Origin: Lingula anatina
Taxonomy: Eukaryota > Animalia > Brachiopoda
Assembly (NCBI GenBank): GCA_051362555.1
Contig: CM120648.1
Location: forward strand, 3,468,587 to 3,532,586
Length of the DNA: 64,000 nt
Reading direction: 5' to 3'
The notes under the pieces were generated by a model that saw nothing but the letters and a program-made list of their open reading frames with translations, searched no databases and was not told the DNA's origin. The translations under genes were made by a program, and so were the position numbers. Positions 26,855 through 40,409 of this stretch are shown one piece after another (position 1 is the first letter of the stretch; every line of letters begins with the position of its first letter).

Positions 26855-27122
26855 CAGTAGGGGAGACCGGGGCTAGTTGGACCCCGGGGTAAGTTGACCC
26901 CCCCCCCCCCCCCCCCATCCCCACATCAAGTCTCTTTAATAAAGTTACTTTAAGATGCTAAATTATTTCATTTGGACTCACTGCCGATGCTTTCTTAGCA
27001 CTATTGGATACGGTCACTTTACAAAATGATGTGATCTATTATTTTCCCCATAGTTACTTAGTCATAAATTGATGGAGGTCCAACTTACCCCGGGGTCCAA
27101 CTAGCCCAGGTCTCCCTACATG
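26855..27122. mobile_element. Tc1/mariner-pogo-like MITE
   Basis: About 45-bp TIRs: CAGTAGGGGAGACCGGGGCTAGTTGGACCCCGGGGTAAGTTG / CAACTTACCCCGGGGTCCAACTAGCCCAGGTCTCCCTAC. The CAGT terminus and right-hand TA are typical of the superfamily. Confidence 0.75.
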
Positions 27123-28422
27123 TATCTATACCCGTGCTACTGAATATGTGAAATAAACATTCACCTCTTAATGAGCATGGTGTGTTTACTTTCATACTTA
27201 TATGACAGGAGTGGATGGAGGCCGTCTTCTGGGTCTTCCGGAAAACGGACAGAATTTTTAAAGCTTCGTTATGTATGATATCTATGGAAGATGCCAATAA
27301 AACACATTTAAAACGTGACTATGAAAAGCAATCCGCGTTTTAAATATCGGCATTAAATTATTTTTCATCCTTAGCCGAGCGATTAAGAATGCTTACAGTA
27401 TAATAACATTACCAGGATAGTCTCCACTTTGTGCTTTAATTACTCAGAATTTTAAGTGATTGCCAGCCAAAAGTACACATAGGCAAGTCAGCGCATATGT
27501 TTATTTTTCGTACCTTTCACTGAGAAGTGCGGCCCTCTGGCAGTGTTACGATCCACCGTTTTTCGAGGACGGCCGTCTTGAAATGATCCCATATCGCCTG
27601 TAGTATCACAATGAGAATTCAAACTAAATTTGAGTTGAAGGGGAGATAAAATCATTGACTTTATTAACCTCTTTTCAGGCATAACGTCCAGACTACAGAG
27701 AAAACTATGGTTTTTAAAGGAATCCAACGATGACCAAAGAAACCAGTGGGAATATTGATCCAAAAGTCAGTCCCGTATATCATTCAGAAACAGACTTGAT
27801 GCATTGAAATGTTTCTGACTGGTGCCATAATTATAAAGCCGGCTAAAGCCATCATTAGCATACAAATAACTGACAGAATTAATAACAGCGGGAGGTAGAC
27901 TGACATATTGGTCGCTTTCCGCCAAAGAAAACTTCCTAGTCATCTAAAGCGGTTGTTTCTGTAAATTATATTGATATACTGTAACTGGATACGTTACATG
28001 CACAAACAAACAGATGAAATAAAGAAAGAAAGAGAGAAATAAAGAAAAAGAAAGGAAAGAAACGGAGAAAGCAAGATAGAAAAAAGGAAAGGATGAGAAG
28101 GAGAAAAAAGAGTGAAAGAAAGAATGAAACAAACAAACAAAGAAACAAGGAGAAAACGCCTGCTGCTCTGTCCTCATTTCTCTGTCAATTACATGCGCCA
28201 CACACTCGGCGTGTGCTTAGCGCTTTTCAAGCCCTTCTGCACGTTTCAGCTTGCTTATTATGCAGATAGGGCTGGATGGACTGTGAAAAACTGGTCTGGC
28301 CAGTAGATATTACACAAACACGCGTGCGAGAAAGAAAAAGAGAGTGAGAGAGATGGGAGAGAGGGGGAGAGATAGAGAAGGGGAGATGAAAAGAGTGAGT
28401 GGTGAAGGCAAGGAATAGAGAT

Positions 28423-28469
<47 letters not shown>

Positions 28470-30806
28470 TCCGTACCAATAATTGAATCTGGTTGGGCAA
28501 AACATATACGCAAATGTTATAAATGTAAATAGCTCATATTCAACTTTTCTTTTGTCCAGATGACGTTATTACATTGTCGATATCAACGTGCATGTATGTT
28601 AATGACGCGATAACAGATGTTCTGCACGTTGTGAATAATATCTTGTTGATCAAGTCCAGGACACTGTATAATGTTGTAAAAAGATGAATTGAATATGATG
28701 CAAAAATAATCTCATCAAGTCTTTTCCAGTTGCTTTGAATTATAAATTTTTTTTTGAGTTGCTTTGATAACTTTATTATCCATTTTCAACATATTTACCT
28801 GCAAAATATAAAGTAACGCACAAAAGTGTATTTTAAAAACAACTTTTTTGTCAATCACCATAAATAGCCAGCCAAGAAGAATACCAAATAACAATAATAT
28901 AATGACTGTATGGCAACATTCTGAAGATCATATTTTGAATGCAGTGCAGCAATGCTTAGAACTGCAAAATAGATTCTAGACGCATGATTTTAGCCACTGT
29001 TAGTCAATTCGAGGATAAGGGACACTATATCTGAGATTTGAATAAATTGTTAAAATGCTGCCTTTCAAATGTAAATCTTAAATATCAACTAGTAAGTAAA
29101 AACAACTTTTAGGGTGACGTGCCTTTTTTAAATTTCTTCACGCACTTATGAAAACCAATAAATGTCTAACATGTTAATGTCGAGCTCATATCTTCTGAGA
29201 AACATTTCTCAACACTCACTAATATCAACAAATAATTGTCTTATTTATCGAGCTCATCTTTTCTGAGAAATTGTAGGGCAACGCTTTTCGACCAACAAGC
29301 GTCGCTTTAATCACTAAACAGTGTCAGATGACGGAGTGATTCAAAACCCCTTTACTATTGGCAGCACTAAGGCATAACCGTGCTGTTCAATAATCATCTC
29401 AACAAGATGAAGCACACTTATAATTTGACAACCTTTTCCCACATACGTCCCTCCGAGACACGTTATCAGTAACCAATATTGAATTACGTGTGTCCCAACA
29501 TATGAAACAAGGAGAGATATAAGAACGACTTTATCGTGCATGGACATGCGTAGTTCCAGTTGTTTTTTTTTTCTTCAAATAACATTATCTAATGACGATA
29601 ACGATGAAACCACACAACAGCCTTGATTGACAAGACCAAAGAATTACCAGCTGACTTCAGAAGCAGAATCCAAGACATCTGAAAATCTGAAATGTTCTTG
29701 CGTGTGTCTTTTCAAGTGATACCGGTATAAAAGACACCTGAAGATCTGAAATGGTCTTGCATGTGTTTTCTTCAAACCACACAGGCATTATTCTGTATTT
29801 CTTCCCTGACAGTGTGTTTTTCATAGTTACGAAAAGAAGGAAAACTGTGGGCAGGTGTTGCAATATCAATTACTGAAAGCTATACAGCACGGATGTTTCG
29901 ACACGGTATGTGTATATAAATATAACACAAGCAAGCAAATAAAGCTCGATCTCAATTACAAGGGGAAATGTTTAGATATAAACGAGTGAACGTATATCAC
30001 AAATTGAAATGATATCTACAATAAGTGAGCACACGTATACAGTGTGAAATGAACAAGGAGCCCTTTAGGTAGACGTCCTAAGGTGTCATTTCATGCGACA
30101 CTAGTATTATCCTTTACCGATTAGTGCTGGACGCCCGGGGAGGGGGGGGGGGGGGGTAGTACCCGCTCATATAGTTTACATAATTAAAGCAAAGCCAGAT
30201 ACAATAATTTGACCGAGTTGTCAGAGGGTAGAGATTCAGGGGCTACAGTGTGAAACGATAAAGTTTCATGGGGCTCTGTGTACACCAAGGTAAACACCAC
30301 CATGGGGTCTCGTCAAATAATAATTGTACCAGCCTTTACATCACTGATATGTGCTGAGTGCCATCAATTCAGAGAATGCTGGAAACTACCTCCGCCAATA
30401 AGCGGAAACGTCAGAAACATGCGTTTGCTGCCTGGTATGACATGGTGTAGTGCTCAGTAAGCTAATTAAAGAAACTCTGTTTCGGTACCTAAAAATTATA
30501 CATAACTCACAATCAAAATCTTTTAAGTGTTATCAAAATGGCTAGTCCGCAGTTTGATATAGCCGCATGTGTTCCCATGCAATCTGACACGTTCTTACAT
30601 GCGGGCAAACGATTTAAGCCAATTTGATAAAGTACAGATCTTGTTCTCTTTGTTAAGATTTACATAGTTCCCCTATATTCATGGTATCTCTTATTGAAAA
30701 GTTATATTGTGTCAATCGCCAGAAAACAAGTTTTGGTGTTTAAAGTTCTGCCCTTATCTTTATTACCCTGGCACGCCTGATTCCAATATTCGTTTCTAAT
30801 AAAACC

Positions 30807-31032
30807 TACGTCAGAGAAGAGTTCATCAGCTGTGTTAAGTTATAAGAATGAGATGATTTTTTCTTCAGTCAACAGCTAATATTGAGATGGGGGGGAGGCA
30901 AGTATATCTCCTGAATAGAGGCTATTCACCTGGATAGCCTCATTCCCTGAAGATGTCCTGATAGACATCGAAATATTGGTGGTAAAAACTCAATATTAAC
31001 TGCTGACTGAAGAAAAAAAATCATCTCATTCT
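30807..31032. mobile_element. Short retroelement-like insertion (possible Penelope-like fragment) with inverted repeat and TSD
   Basis: About 42-bp inverted repeat (30845-30886 vs 30989-31032), a 13-bp direct repeat TTCTAATAAAACC at 30794 and 31029, and an internal CTGAAGA-hairpin-GAAA motif. Confidence 0.45.
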
Positions 31033-31866
31033 AATAAAACCGACGGAATTCACCTCATCAAGGCAGGCGTACGTAGATCCGCGCCATGCTTATCTCCAAT
31101 TTAAAATGAGCTGCATTTATTTCGCAGAGCGCAGTGATAACGGCCTTGTCTCCCCGCGAGCTAACATAATTGTTTTGAATCAAGAAAATCGACTTTCTCA
31201 TTGGGAGACTGTCATTAGGAATTAAAGTACAAATTACAGTCAACAAAAGAACGAGGATCCAATTCCAATTGATTAAATAGCTGTCCTGAAGATTGATTTA
31301 ATGTACAATCCATGCTCCACCAGCTTCCTATGAAGGCTTGTTTACATGCTTGGGATATGTTTTCGTAAGATTATATCTTGCAAAGCATCGAAATAAATGT
31401 CAAAAAAGGAGTATGCGAATTATATTTGACAATCAAGGCAAAATGTATGTAATGGTTGAATAGTGTGCGTAAGCTTGGGGTACTTTTATGATAAAAGGAA
31501 AGTAGGCATTATTTTTCTGTCATCGAAAGAGTGTCGTGTGGTTATTTAAGATTAATTCACTTGAATAATTCATGTTAAAAACTTCACGAATAAACAAAAT
31601 AAATAAATGATATCACAATATATTGGTAGGCTCAATACCCATCCCTCAAATAATGACGTAAAAACTGACGTACACTGAAATAGGCTTATCAAAAAATGGA
31701 AAATGCTGTTTGGATATCTACATGCTGTCTTGTCCCTGTCCACACATGACAAGTACGTGATAACAGAGCGAATCTCAATCCACTGCAAGGAAGTATAAAA
31801 CCATATGTTAGCTTTGACATGCGATGTATACGTTATCACCGCAGAGAAACATGACACTCACGATAT

Positions 31867-31917
<51 letters not shown>

Positions 31918-31986
31918 TTTGTTCGTTTGTTTGTTTCTTATTTCATTTCGGAATCGGCGCAAAGACATTTTGAAAATTATAACTGT

Positions 31987-32047
<61 letters not shown>

Positions 32048-32314
32048 TCGTTTAAATAATAGAGGGTTGCGTTTCAGTATCGTGCCCAAAGCTTTAAACG
32101 TTCTGCGATTAACACGATCTCTCTCGGTGCCAATAAAAAGTATAGCAGGGATTTTGTCTATCAGAGTAGTTTATTACTTGCAGAGATTGGTACTTGTATT
32201 GATAAAGGCACAAATGTGATATCCAAAGTCTACTTCAATGATAATGGCTACATATTTACACGAAGCACCCACCCTGTCTCTCGTACACTTACAGAACTCA
32301 GCTCGATAATGCGC

Positions 32315-32494
32315 ACAAGCCAATGGTTTCCATGGTACCAAGAACTACAAGCCAATTGTTTCCATGGTACCAAGAACTATAAGCCAATGGTGTCTATGGT
32401 ACCAAGAACTACAAGCCAATGGTTTCCATGGTACCAAGAACTATAAACCAATGGTGTCTATGGTACCAAGAACTACAAGCCAATGGTTTCCATA
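32315..32494. repeat. 32-bp minisatellite, about 5.6 copies
   Basis: Unit ACAAGCCAATGGTTTCCATGGTACCAAGAACT starting at 32315, 32347, 32379, 32411, 32443 and 32475. Confidence 0.95.
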
Positions 32495-35400
32495 GTAAAG
32501 TTGTCAACAAAGACAAACACCTGTTTTTTTTTTTGTTGTTGTTGTTGTTGTTTTTTTCCATGGTGTTTAATTTTCCTCAGATAGATTGATAATTATATCA
32601 CTCATTACGAAATACTATTTTGAAGGATTTTTCTCGTATGTTCGCATGTCATCGTACGCGTCGTTAGAAGTAGGTGATCACCAATGCTGAGTTGCCATTA
32701 GTACAGCGCCAAATTAAACTCAGGGTGGTAATGTGTGGCGATTCATAAATATAATTCCACACGTTATCAGTTTTCTAGGAGCTCCTCGAAGTAGAAAACC
32801 TCCCGCGAACCAACTGTTAAATTTGATAAATCGCTTTTCCTTTATTACCTTGGACAGACGGATGAGTGTTTCTCTTGATTTGATCTAAACTAATATCTAG
32901 ACAGCACTCAGACCTCCACCATAAGCATATGAAAATTTGCAGAGACAGCCCAAGGTCAAATGTAATTAAATAAACAAATAAATAAAATAAAATGAATAAA
33001 AAAAATCAAGTACCATTTTGCCAAAATGAACCTCATACAGATAATCTACATGTATATACATGTATAATCTATATTCGAAAACAGTAATCACACCATACCA
33101 TATCATATCTGACCGTCCATACTTTTTGCTCTATTTTTTTTCATCTATGATTCACGCCTCATTGTACACCCACCGTTATTTACCGTATCGTTGTGTTACT
33201 CTGTAGAATTTATCAGACTTGGCTTTAGTTAATCATGTCATTATTTCAATTGCCACGAGCGCTTCGCTTTGGTTCTTCAATTGACTCCCGACCAATTGAT
33301 CAAACCACAACCAGTAGAAACCAATTAAGTCGAACAATCTGTCTGGTCTAATGTGTCAAAGATGTTACCATAGATTACCCACCCACTCTTTTCTAATTAT
33401 AAAAACAAGTGTTTTCCAATCTCATATCGATAGATTCTTTGTCCCAAGGTTGAGTTCACAGGCGCATTTACAGTCCAGTATATTAATTTAGAGCCACCTT
33501 GCAGCAGGTTAACTTGGTATTAGGATTTTTACCCACAGGGTGCCATTCTTATGCCGTTTTCACCACTTGTTGCACCATGGTGCTACCAGATCTCTCACTG
33601 TGTGGGTTGAATCGTTCAAGTCATGTAAATAATAAAACACCCCATCTCTCGCTGTTGTTTTCTCTGGACCAATACTCAGGACCATACCTAAACGATTGCT
33701 ACTCTTTTTATCATTAATTTACTCTGTGAAAAATTAAACGACATTTGCGACATCGAGTAGTATATCTGTTTACATCTTCCCCCTCCTCTCACAGAGAACA
33801 CATTTCCCAACACTCTTTATCCATAACATTGAGAAACTTCACCAGGTACACATTTTAGTGAGTCTGATAAGTGACAGGCATCATCGTGAAAAAGACACAT
33901 TACCCATTTCGTCCATTACCTACATGTATTTCTTGAAAAGGAAAACTCAAGAAGCAAAATCTCAAGGTGCTACTTCTTATCTAAAATTGTCCATGTTTGT
34001 CGGAGTTTGTGTACTTCATTGCTATCAACGAGTGATTATTCCTAGCCGTATAAAACGGGCTATTTTCGCACGACAGGAATTTCGTTCACAGTCCCTGTAT
34101 TTATATCCCGCGATCACTCACTCTATAAGTCAATACACTCATTTAGACAGCACTACTACACACCCATCCCATCAGTATTTAGATGATAATAATAGTCAAT
34201 CATGTAGACAGCTATTGCAACGTTACAAATCACGAGAACGACTGCAAGATTCTCAAGGTGCAAAAGGTTTTATAATTTTCTAAAACATCGAATTACGGTC
34301 ACAGGTGCAGGTGGCATATATTTTAACCAGTACCGAACGCACAACTGTACGTAATTGCCAGAATTTAAAAAAGTGTCTTGTTCAGATAAATTACGTTTAA
34401 TGAATGATAACGGAAGAAAGGAATGAATAATTACTTAGCAAAGGCGTTTCTCAGCATCAAACATGCGTTCAAATGTGTTTCACGGTCACGTGGTCAGATA
34501 TCTCACCTAACACATTCTACTTGTGATACTGAAGGATGCATCCATTTGGTGCCACTTGTACCACGACTGTGTTACGGTGGCTCTTTATTCATCTAAAATT
34601 CAATGAAAAATTACATTTTCCTCACAAAAATATAATTTAAAAAAAAGCTATATACAGTGATGAATGAAGAAACGTCGTTTATTTTTCAGAAAATTAATAT
34701 ATTACTGTCATTATTTGAAATCTTATTAGTGGAGTGGGCTGTGCAACTTTCTTTCCTTTGTTTAAATAGGACATTTCTACTAAGCAATTATCACACAATG
34801 TATTTTAATATTGAAAATGACTTTATTAAAGATATGGTACCAATATATGTCAAAATACAAATATCCAAAAAGTATGTTCACACACCACACTGTGCCGCTT
34901 AGTTATAACAGCTTATCATCAATAAGCAAATAAATAAATAAACAAAAACATATAAACATAATAATAATAATGATAATAATAATAATAATAATAAGTAAAT
35001 AAAGTTAATACATTTCTGAATTTATTCCAATTAAAGATGTCTTTAGCCAATCGCTTCTTTTCACTTTGGATACACTGGAAAGACAGAGACCTAGGCTTTC
35101 AAAGTGAGATACCGTTTAACTGTCGTTCTTTTGACCTTTATCCGGAGTTAAAGGGGCATTTTGAAAAACTAACACACACGAAATAAGGGTTTAGTAACTT
35201 GTGAACACAACAGTTGGCTTTCTTTAAGACTACTACAGTGTAGTACATGCACAATGCACCTTCTCTTTATTCAACGCACAATGAACGGCATACAAGAACC
35301 AAACTTATGGCACTAGTATATCTTTTCCATTGAGTTCACAGAGCTTCAAATCAAGTCGTTGTGTTTTGACGGAGTATGTTTTAGGCAAAACATCAAAAGA

Positions 35401-35943
35401 AAAGACTGTAAACAATATAAACAGACAGAATGTTCGATGCCAGATGAATGCCTGCAACCCTGTTTCTAGGGAATTAATATATAAAAGCATTTCAATCTTT
35501 TGCATAAGGCAATCTTCAACACGAATCTTATGAATCTTTACTAATTTTGTATCATACCGCCGTCAATTCTTTTAGATCATTTTATATAAATTCTTAATTG
35601 TATAAAATGGAAGAAAAAACATTCGTTTGAACTCCGAAGAAACAGTATTGGCAACTACTCAACAATTAACATACTAGTATCAATGCTTTATGGAAAATAC
35701 ATCGACAGCAATGATTCATCCGTTTTTATATAAAAAAGTACTCCTATCACAGTTGAAAGACTGGGAGCTTTAGATTATATGCTGTTGTGCACATAATCGG
35801 AGATCTCAAACAAAAAGGGCTAAATAAAGAATTTTGTCTTTTATATTGAATATTTCCCAAGAAGATTATGTACATAAAAAATAACAGATAAGAAATAAAA
35901 AACAATGATAAAATCCATTTCCTATAACAATTAATAGCTTTTT

Positions 35944-37941
35944 TCATAAATTTGATTCTTCTTCCTTATTGGTAGGCGGCACTTCGGATGTCTTTCCCAA
36001 AGTGCGCATGTGCGTGGCGATTTCCTCAAAAGTCTTGTTCTTGGTTTCCGGTAAGAAGAAAGCCAAGAAGACGATGCACGCGACAATGATGACCAAGAAT
36101 AGTAAGAAAGTGTACTCTTGCAGGCCCTCCTGAAGATAAGATCAAATAGAAAATCGTCTTCAAAATCATGTGATATAAAGCATTTAGAAATCACATGCAA
36201 CAATAATGATAACTTATTGGATAGGGGCGTTCTATAGCTTTCCTATAAGGCGTCAAAACCTAGATGCGTCTTCAAACGTGAATAAAAATATAGCCGATTA
36301 ATTTTGTCACTTAAAACTAGCGGTTATAATACAATATCAGTGGCCCTTTTTGTGTGTACATGGTTGATTAAATTATGTTGTAATAATGCAATATAAAAGG
36401 CTTATAAGGAATTGAAGAAGAAGAAAATAACTATTCAAACCAAGGGCTCGTTCCCAGTGAAACTATCGTCATACGTAGATCGATTCAACTCCGTGGGGAC
36501 TGTCGATGAATGCGATCAGATGGCTAGATTAACACGCCTAATCTTGGCGTTGCGTAGAATACAAGAAAATGATGATTTTACGAGCACGTTGAAAACATGA
36601 GGAGACGTGTTTTAATCTGTTTGCATTGAGCGAGAATCATCGCGGAGTTGGATCGATATACGTAGAACGCTATAATTTCATTGTGAATAGGCCAAAATGG
36701 ACGGGCTGACCGTCACATCACTCTAACGCTCATTTACCAGAGCTGTAACATGCAGGTATGTTAAGTTTGATTACATCTCAAGTCATGTACCAATTTACCT
36801 GGAGAAAGGGGAAGGTCAGCGCCAGGATAAAGTTACAGGTCCAGTTGACAAACTGAGCTAGTCCAATGACTGCAGCCCTCGGCTCCTGGCGGAACAGTTC
36901 AGCTACCACAAACTGTGGAATGGGCCCTGAAACCACGACAGTAGCCACGGTAATCATTACAAACCGATGGGGGCACTCATATTGAGGACAACTTGATAAC
37001 GCGCCTGTGACAGGAGTACATATCACCTAGTTTACAGTTATTTAAATTATTTGTCAACCGCGCCTTTCCACCAAAAATTATTCACAATTGACGCCTATAT
37101 CTTTTGCCAAGTTTTGCTATACATTGTACCAGCTAGCAGTGTGGTTAACCTGCTTTACTTACCTAATCCAAGGGCGAATCCTATAACATAGACTAGCACG
37201 AAGATGATGCTAATATATGCCATCCAGGCGTACGTATCCTTAAGAAAAATATATATTCAATGAGGCATTCTTATAAGATTTTAGGCAATGAATTTTTAAG
37301 TAAAGCTCCAGAGCTAGCTATTTCCGCCCGATGAAAACTTTAAGATGATGAAATATCTAAAACGCTAACAATTGCTGTTAGAATAGATGAACGCACGAGG
37401 CAGTTACGTCTAAATATAATTAACCATCGACAATTGGGGGACACTTTGGCTGGTTTAAATGTTTTCAACCGCGCACGTCAGGGGGGGGGGGGGGGCAGGA
37501 GGGGGGGCAACATGCGACGTTCAATTCTTCTGAGAGATTGGCACCCCCCCCCCCTCCTTACTAACGCATGCCTTGCAATGTTGCTTCCATGTTGGCATGG
37601 TCTTGTGAACTCACCTGTAAACTAAGGGAGATTGTAATTGCGATGCAGGATATGCCCATCAACCCCATGGGCCAGATCAACAGAGGGCGCCGCCCTAGTC
37701 GCTCTATCAGTGGCATCTGAAGTATGAACGAGACAATTTGTGTATGTTTCATCAGATACACGTAATGTTAAATAGTATGGTAATTGGGATAATGTTTTTA
37801 ATTATGCAAAAAAGAAATACAATAAAATATGGAAACTACTCCTACAAAATTTTGTTGTTCATGAAATATAACCTACGTTTTCCATATTGATAAACGTGTA
37901 CATAATGCGTGCAAATGAAATGAAACAACTGTGAGTGCGAG

Positions 37942-37986
<45 letters not shown>

Positions 37987-39822
37987 AACTGACCGAGACA
38001 ATGGTAGCGAGTACATTGATAATCCCAGTTCCAATGATAGCATATGGCACCTTATCATCGTCCACCCCGGCATTGCGGAAGATTTTAGCGGCATAGAAAA
38101 ACACCTACGTTAGACGGGAAATGTTCTGAATCATCCATATATAAGCGTGATAGCGTGTAATGAAGTATCAGCTTATTGTTATATTTTTTCATATACCTTA
38201 TTGTATGCCATTTTGGCTCTCATTTTGTAAATTACCATAATGCATATTTATAACTGTATATATTCACGTATACAGTCATTTTTGAAAAATTTCAACATCT
38301 TTAAAATATTTCTTTTTACCGCATTTATTCCAGACCATTGCTGCGCCACCTGGATTATAACGGAAATGAGAACGGGCATGCGCAGTTCAGGGTGACGGAA
38401 GAGATCAATGTAGGCAAACTTGGCCCGTTTTGCTGCGTCGGCTGCCTCAACCTTCATTTCATCAATGTCCGCTGAAACGTCGTCATGATTACGAAGTCGT
38501 TGTAGCGCTGGAAACAAATGTGAACAAAAATCAATGACAAAAAGTTCGGGAAAGGGAATTTAAAAAGAGACACACAAAAAAATATGCACAAACGCACTTA
38601 GATATCGAATGATGCGGATTACTTCATAAGGTGCCCCAATAAACAAACAAAACAACTCTAACAGACGTAAACAGATATAAGTTTTAAGGGATGCCTAAGT
38701 TATAAATGTAGAATTTCGAAACGTACATGTACATGTAGCTTTATAATTGAGTCTGTTCCCCAAATCGAAAAAAGGACCATACTTTTTCTGCACAGAAATG
38801 TCTTGGTGAAAAGTTATAAGGAGTTAGTTTATACTAATATATGTGCCAATATAAATAAAGAAATAAATATTTGTAACCATCTTTATCTGTTATATCACGT
38901 CTTAACCCGACAGAAGGTGCATTTATTAGCCTTGTGAACTCACCTTTTGTAGCTGCCTCTTCGTCTTTTTTGTTCAGCAGCAGAAATCTCGGGCTCTCCG
39001 GGCAGAATGGAAGGCACAACAGTGAGATCAGGGCCGGGATCCCGCAGAACGCAACTAGCAGTGGCCATAGCTCTTCTCCACCTTAAATGGCAGGTCACTA
39101 AATATTTCTAGTAATTTTTTTTTTTTTTTTGAGAGGGAAACGTTCTATGATATAGAATTGAAGTAAAAAGCCCACAAGGCAGACATTTTGCGATATTTTA
39201 CATAAAACCCCCAAATAATAATAATAGTAATACTTAATTTAAAAAAAAATTTATAGGAAAAACTTTTAGCGAAACAGACCCCTGCACTAACCTATCATCT
39301 CCCTGAGGCCAAGGATTTGAGCCAATGAGATGCCGATAGTTGTCGCCATCTGGTGGCAGGCGCCAATAGCTCCACGAAGTTCTTTTGGCGCCAGTTCTGT
39401 GATGTACAGGGACACCATACCAACAGTCATACCTGGGTAGAAATAAAGAACTTCACCAAACATAACATGTGTGTGTTTGAACTGGTGGTTGAACAGGTTT
39501 TGAAACAAACGATATACTAGTGTGGTAATACTAAACTGTAGTTAATAATCGCAACATGATGTGAGCCAGTATGGCAAGCGAATCCCGATGTCTACTGTAA
39601 TTACGTATTACAGGTTTAAAGACACAATATTAGTACCATAATATATTCTTTAATTTCAAATCTTGTTATTGAAAGTAGAATGCAGTTAACCTAAGCGGAA
39701 GTTCGTCAACTTAAATGATCCGGAGCCCCCCTTTCTCTTCTAGTCTTTCTTTTTCTACCGACCTCGCCCCCACCCCCTACCCTCTGTGCTACACAGAAGT
39801 TCAACGGATTTTCTCCTCTCTC

Positions 39823-39853
<31 letters not shown>

Positions 39854-39861
39854 CTCTCACG

Positions 39862-39893
<32 letters not shown>

Positions 39894-40378
39894 ATAGGCG
39901 CGCACATGTACACACTTACCGCAGTTAAATCCCACGAAGCCCCTGCCCACAATCAGAAGTTCAGGTGCGGCCGTGACTTTACACAGACCCTCTAACAACG
40001 TGCCGATCAGAGCAAACGTGTGGTTGAACATGAGCCCCCCTTTCCTGAAGAAAGACAATGATAATTTACTTGGTATCATTAACTTATATTTAAAGCCATG
40101 TACCGGTATTAGTGCTCGCGTACATGTGTGTGCGTGCGTGTGCGAGTACGTATATTTTTTCCCATAATTGTGGCTTCATGTCAGACATATACGCCGTGCA
40201 CTATTATAGGGTAAACTGCATTCTATCTGCCATACTTTATTATATTGTGATATAACAGATACGATTGCTTTTGCATGGACAGATCAATATTAAATTTTGC
40301 TTTGTGTTTTCTCTAGTGTGTGAACGTTTCGAAGTTACGAAACTTGGATAGTAATGATTATTTCCGATTTTCCTCTGT

Positions 40379-40409
<31 letters not shown>

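Noticed and set aside
27513-27591. Possible extra minus-strand exon (MGSFQDGRPRKTVDR..., donor AAG|gtacga)
   Set aside because: No in-frame partner exon found. Joined to the 18600 acceptor it meets the stop before the cyclase ATG, so it is at most a UTR exon.
27944-28513. Several overlapping hydrophobic S/L/F-rich ORFs
   Set aside because: Produced by GA-rich low-complexity sequence and a (GA)n microsatellite.
32315-32494. CRISPR-like array (32-bp partly palindromic repeats)
   Set aside because: The units are head-to-tail with no unique spacers, there are no cas genes, and the context is eukaryotic.
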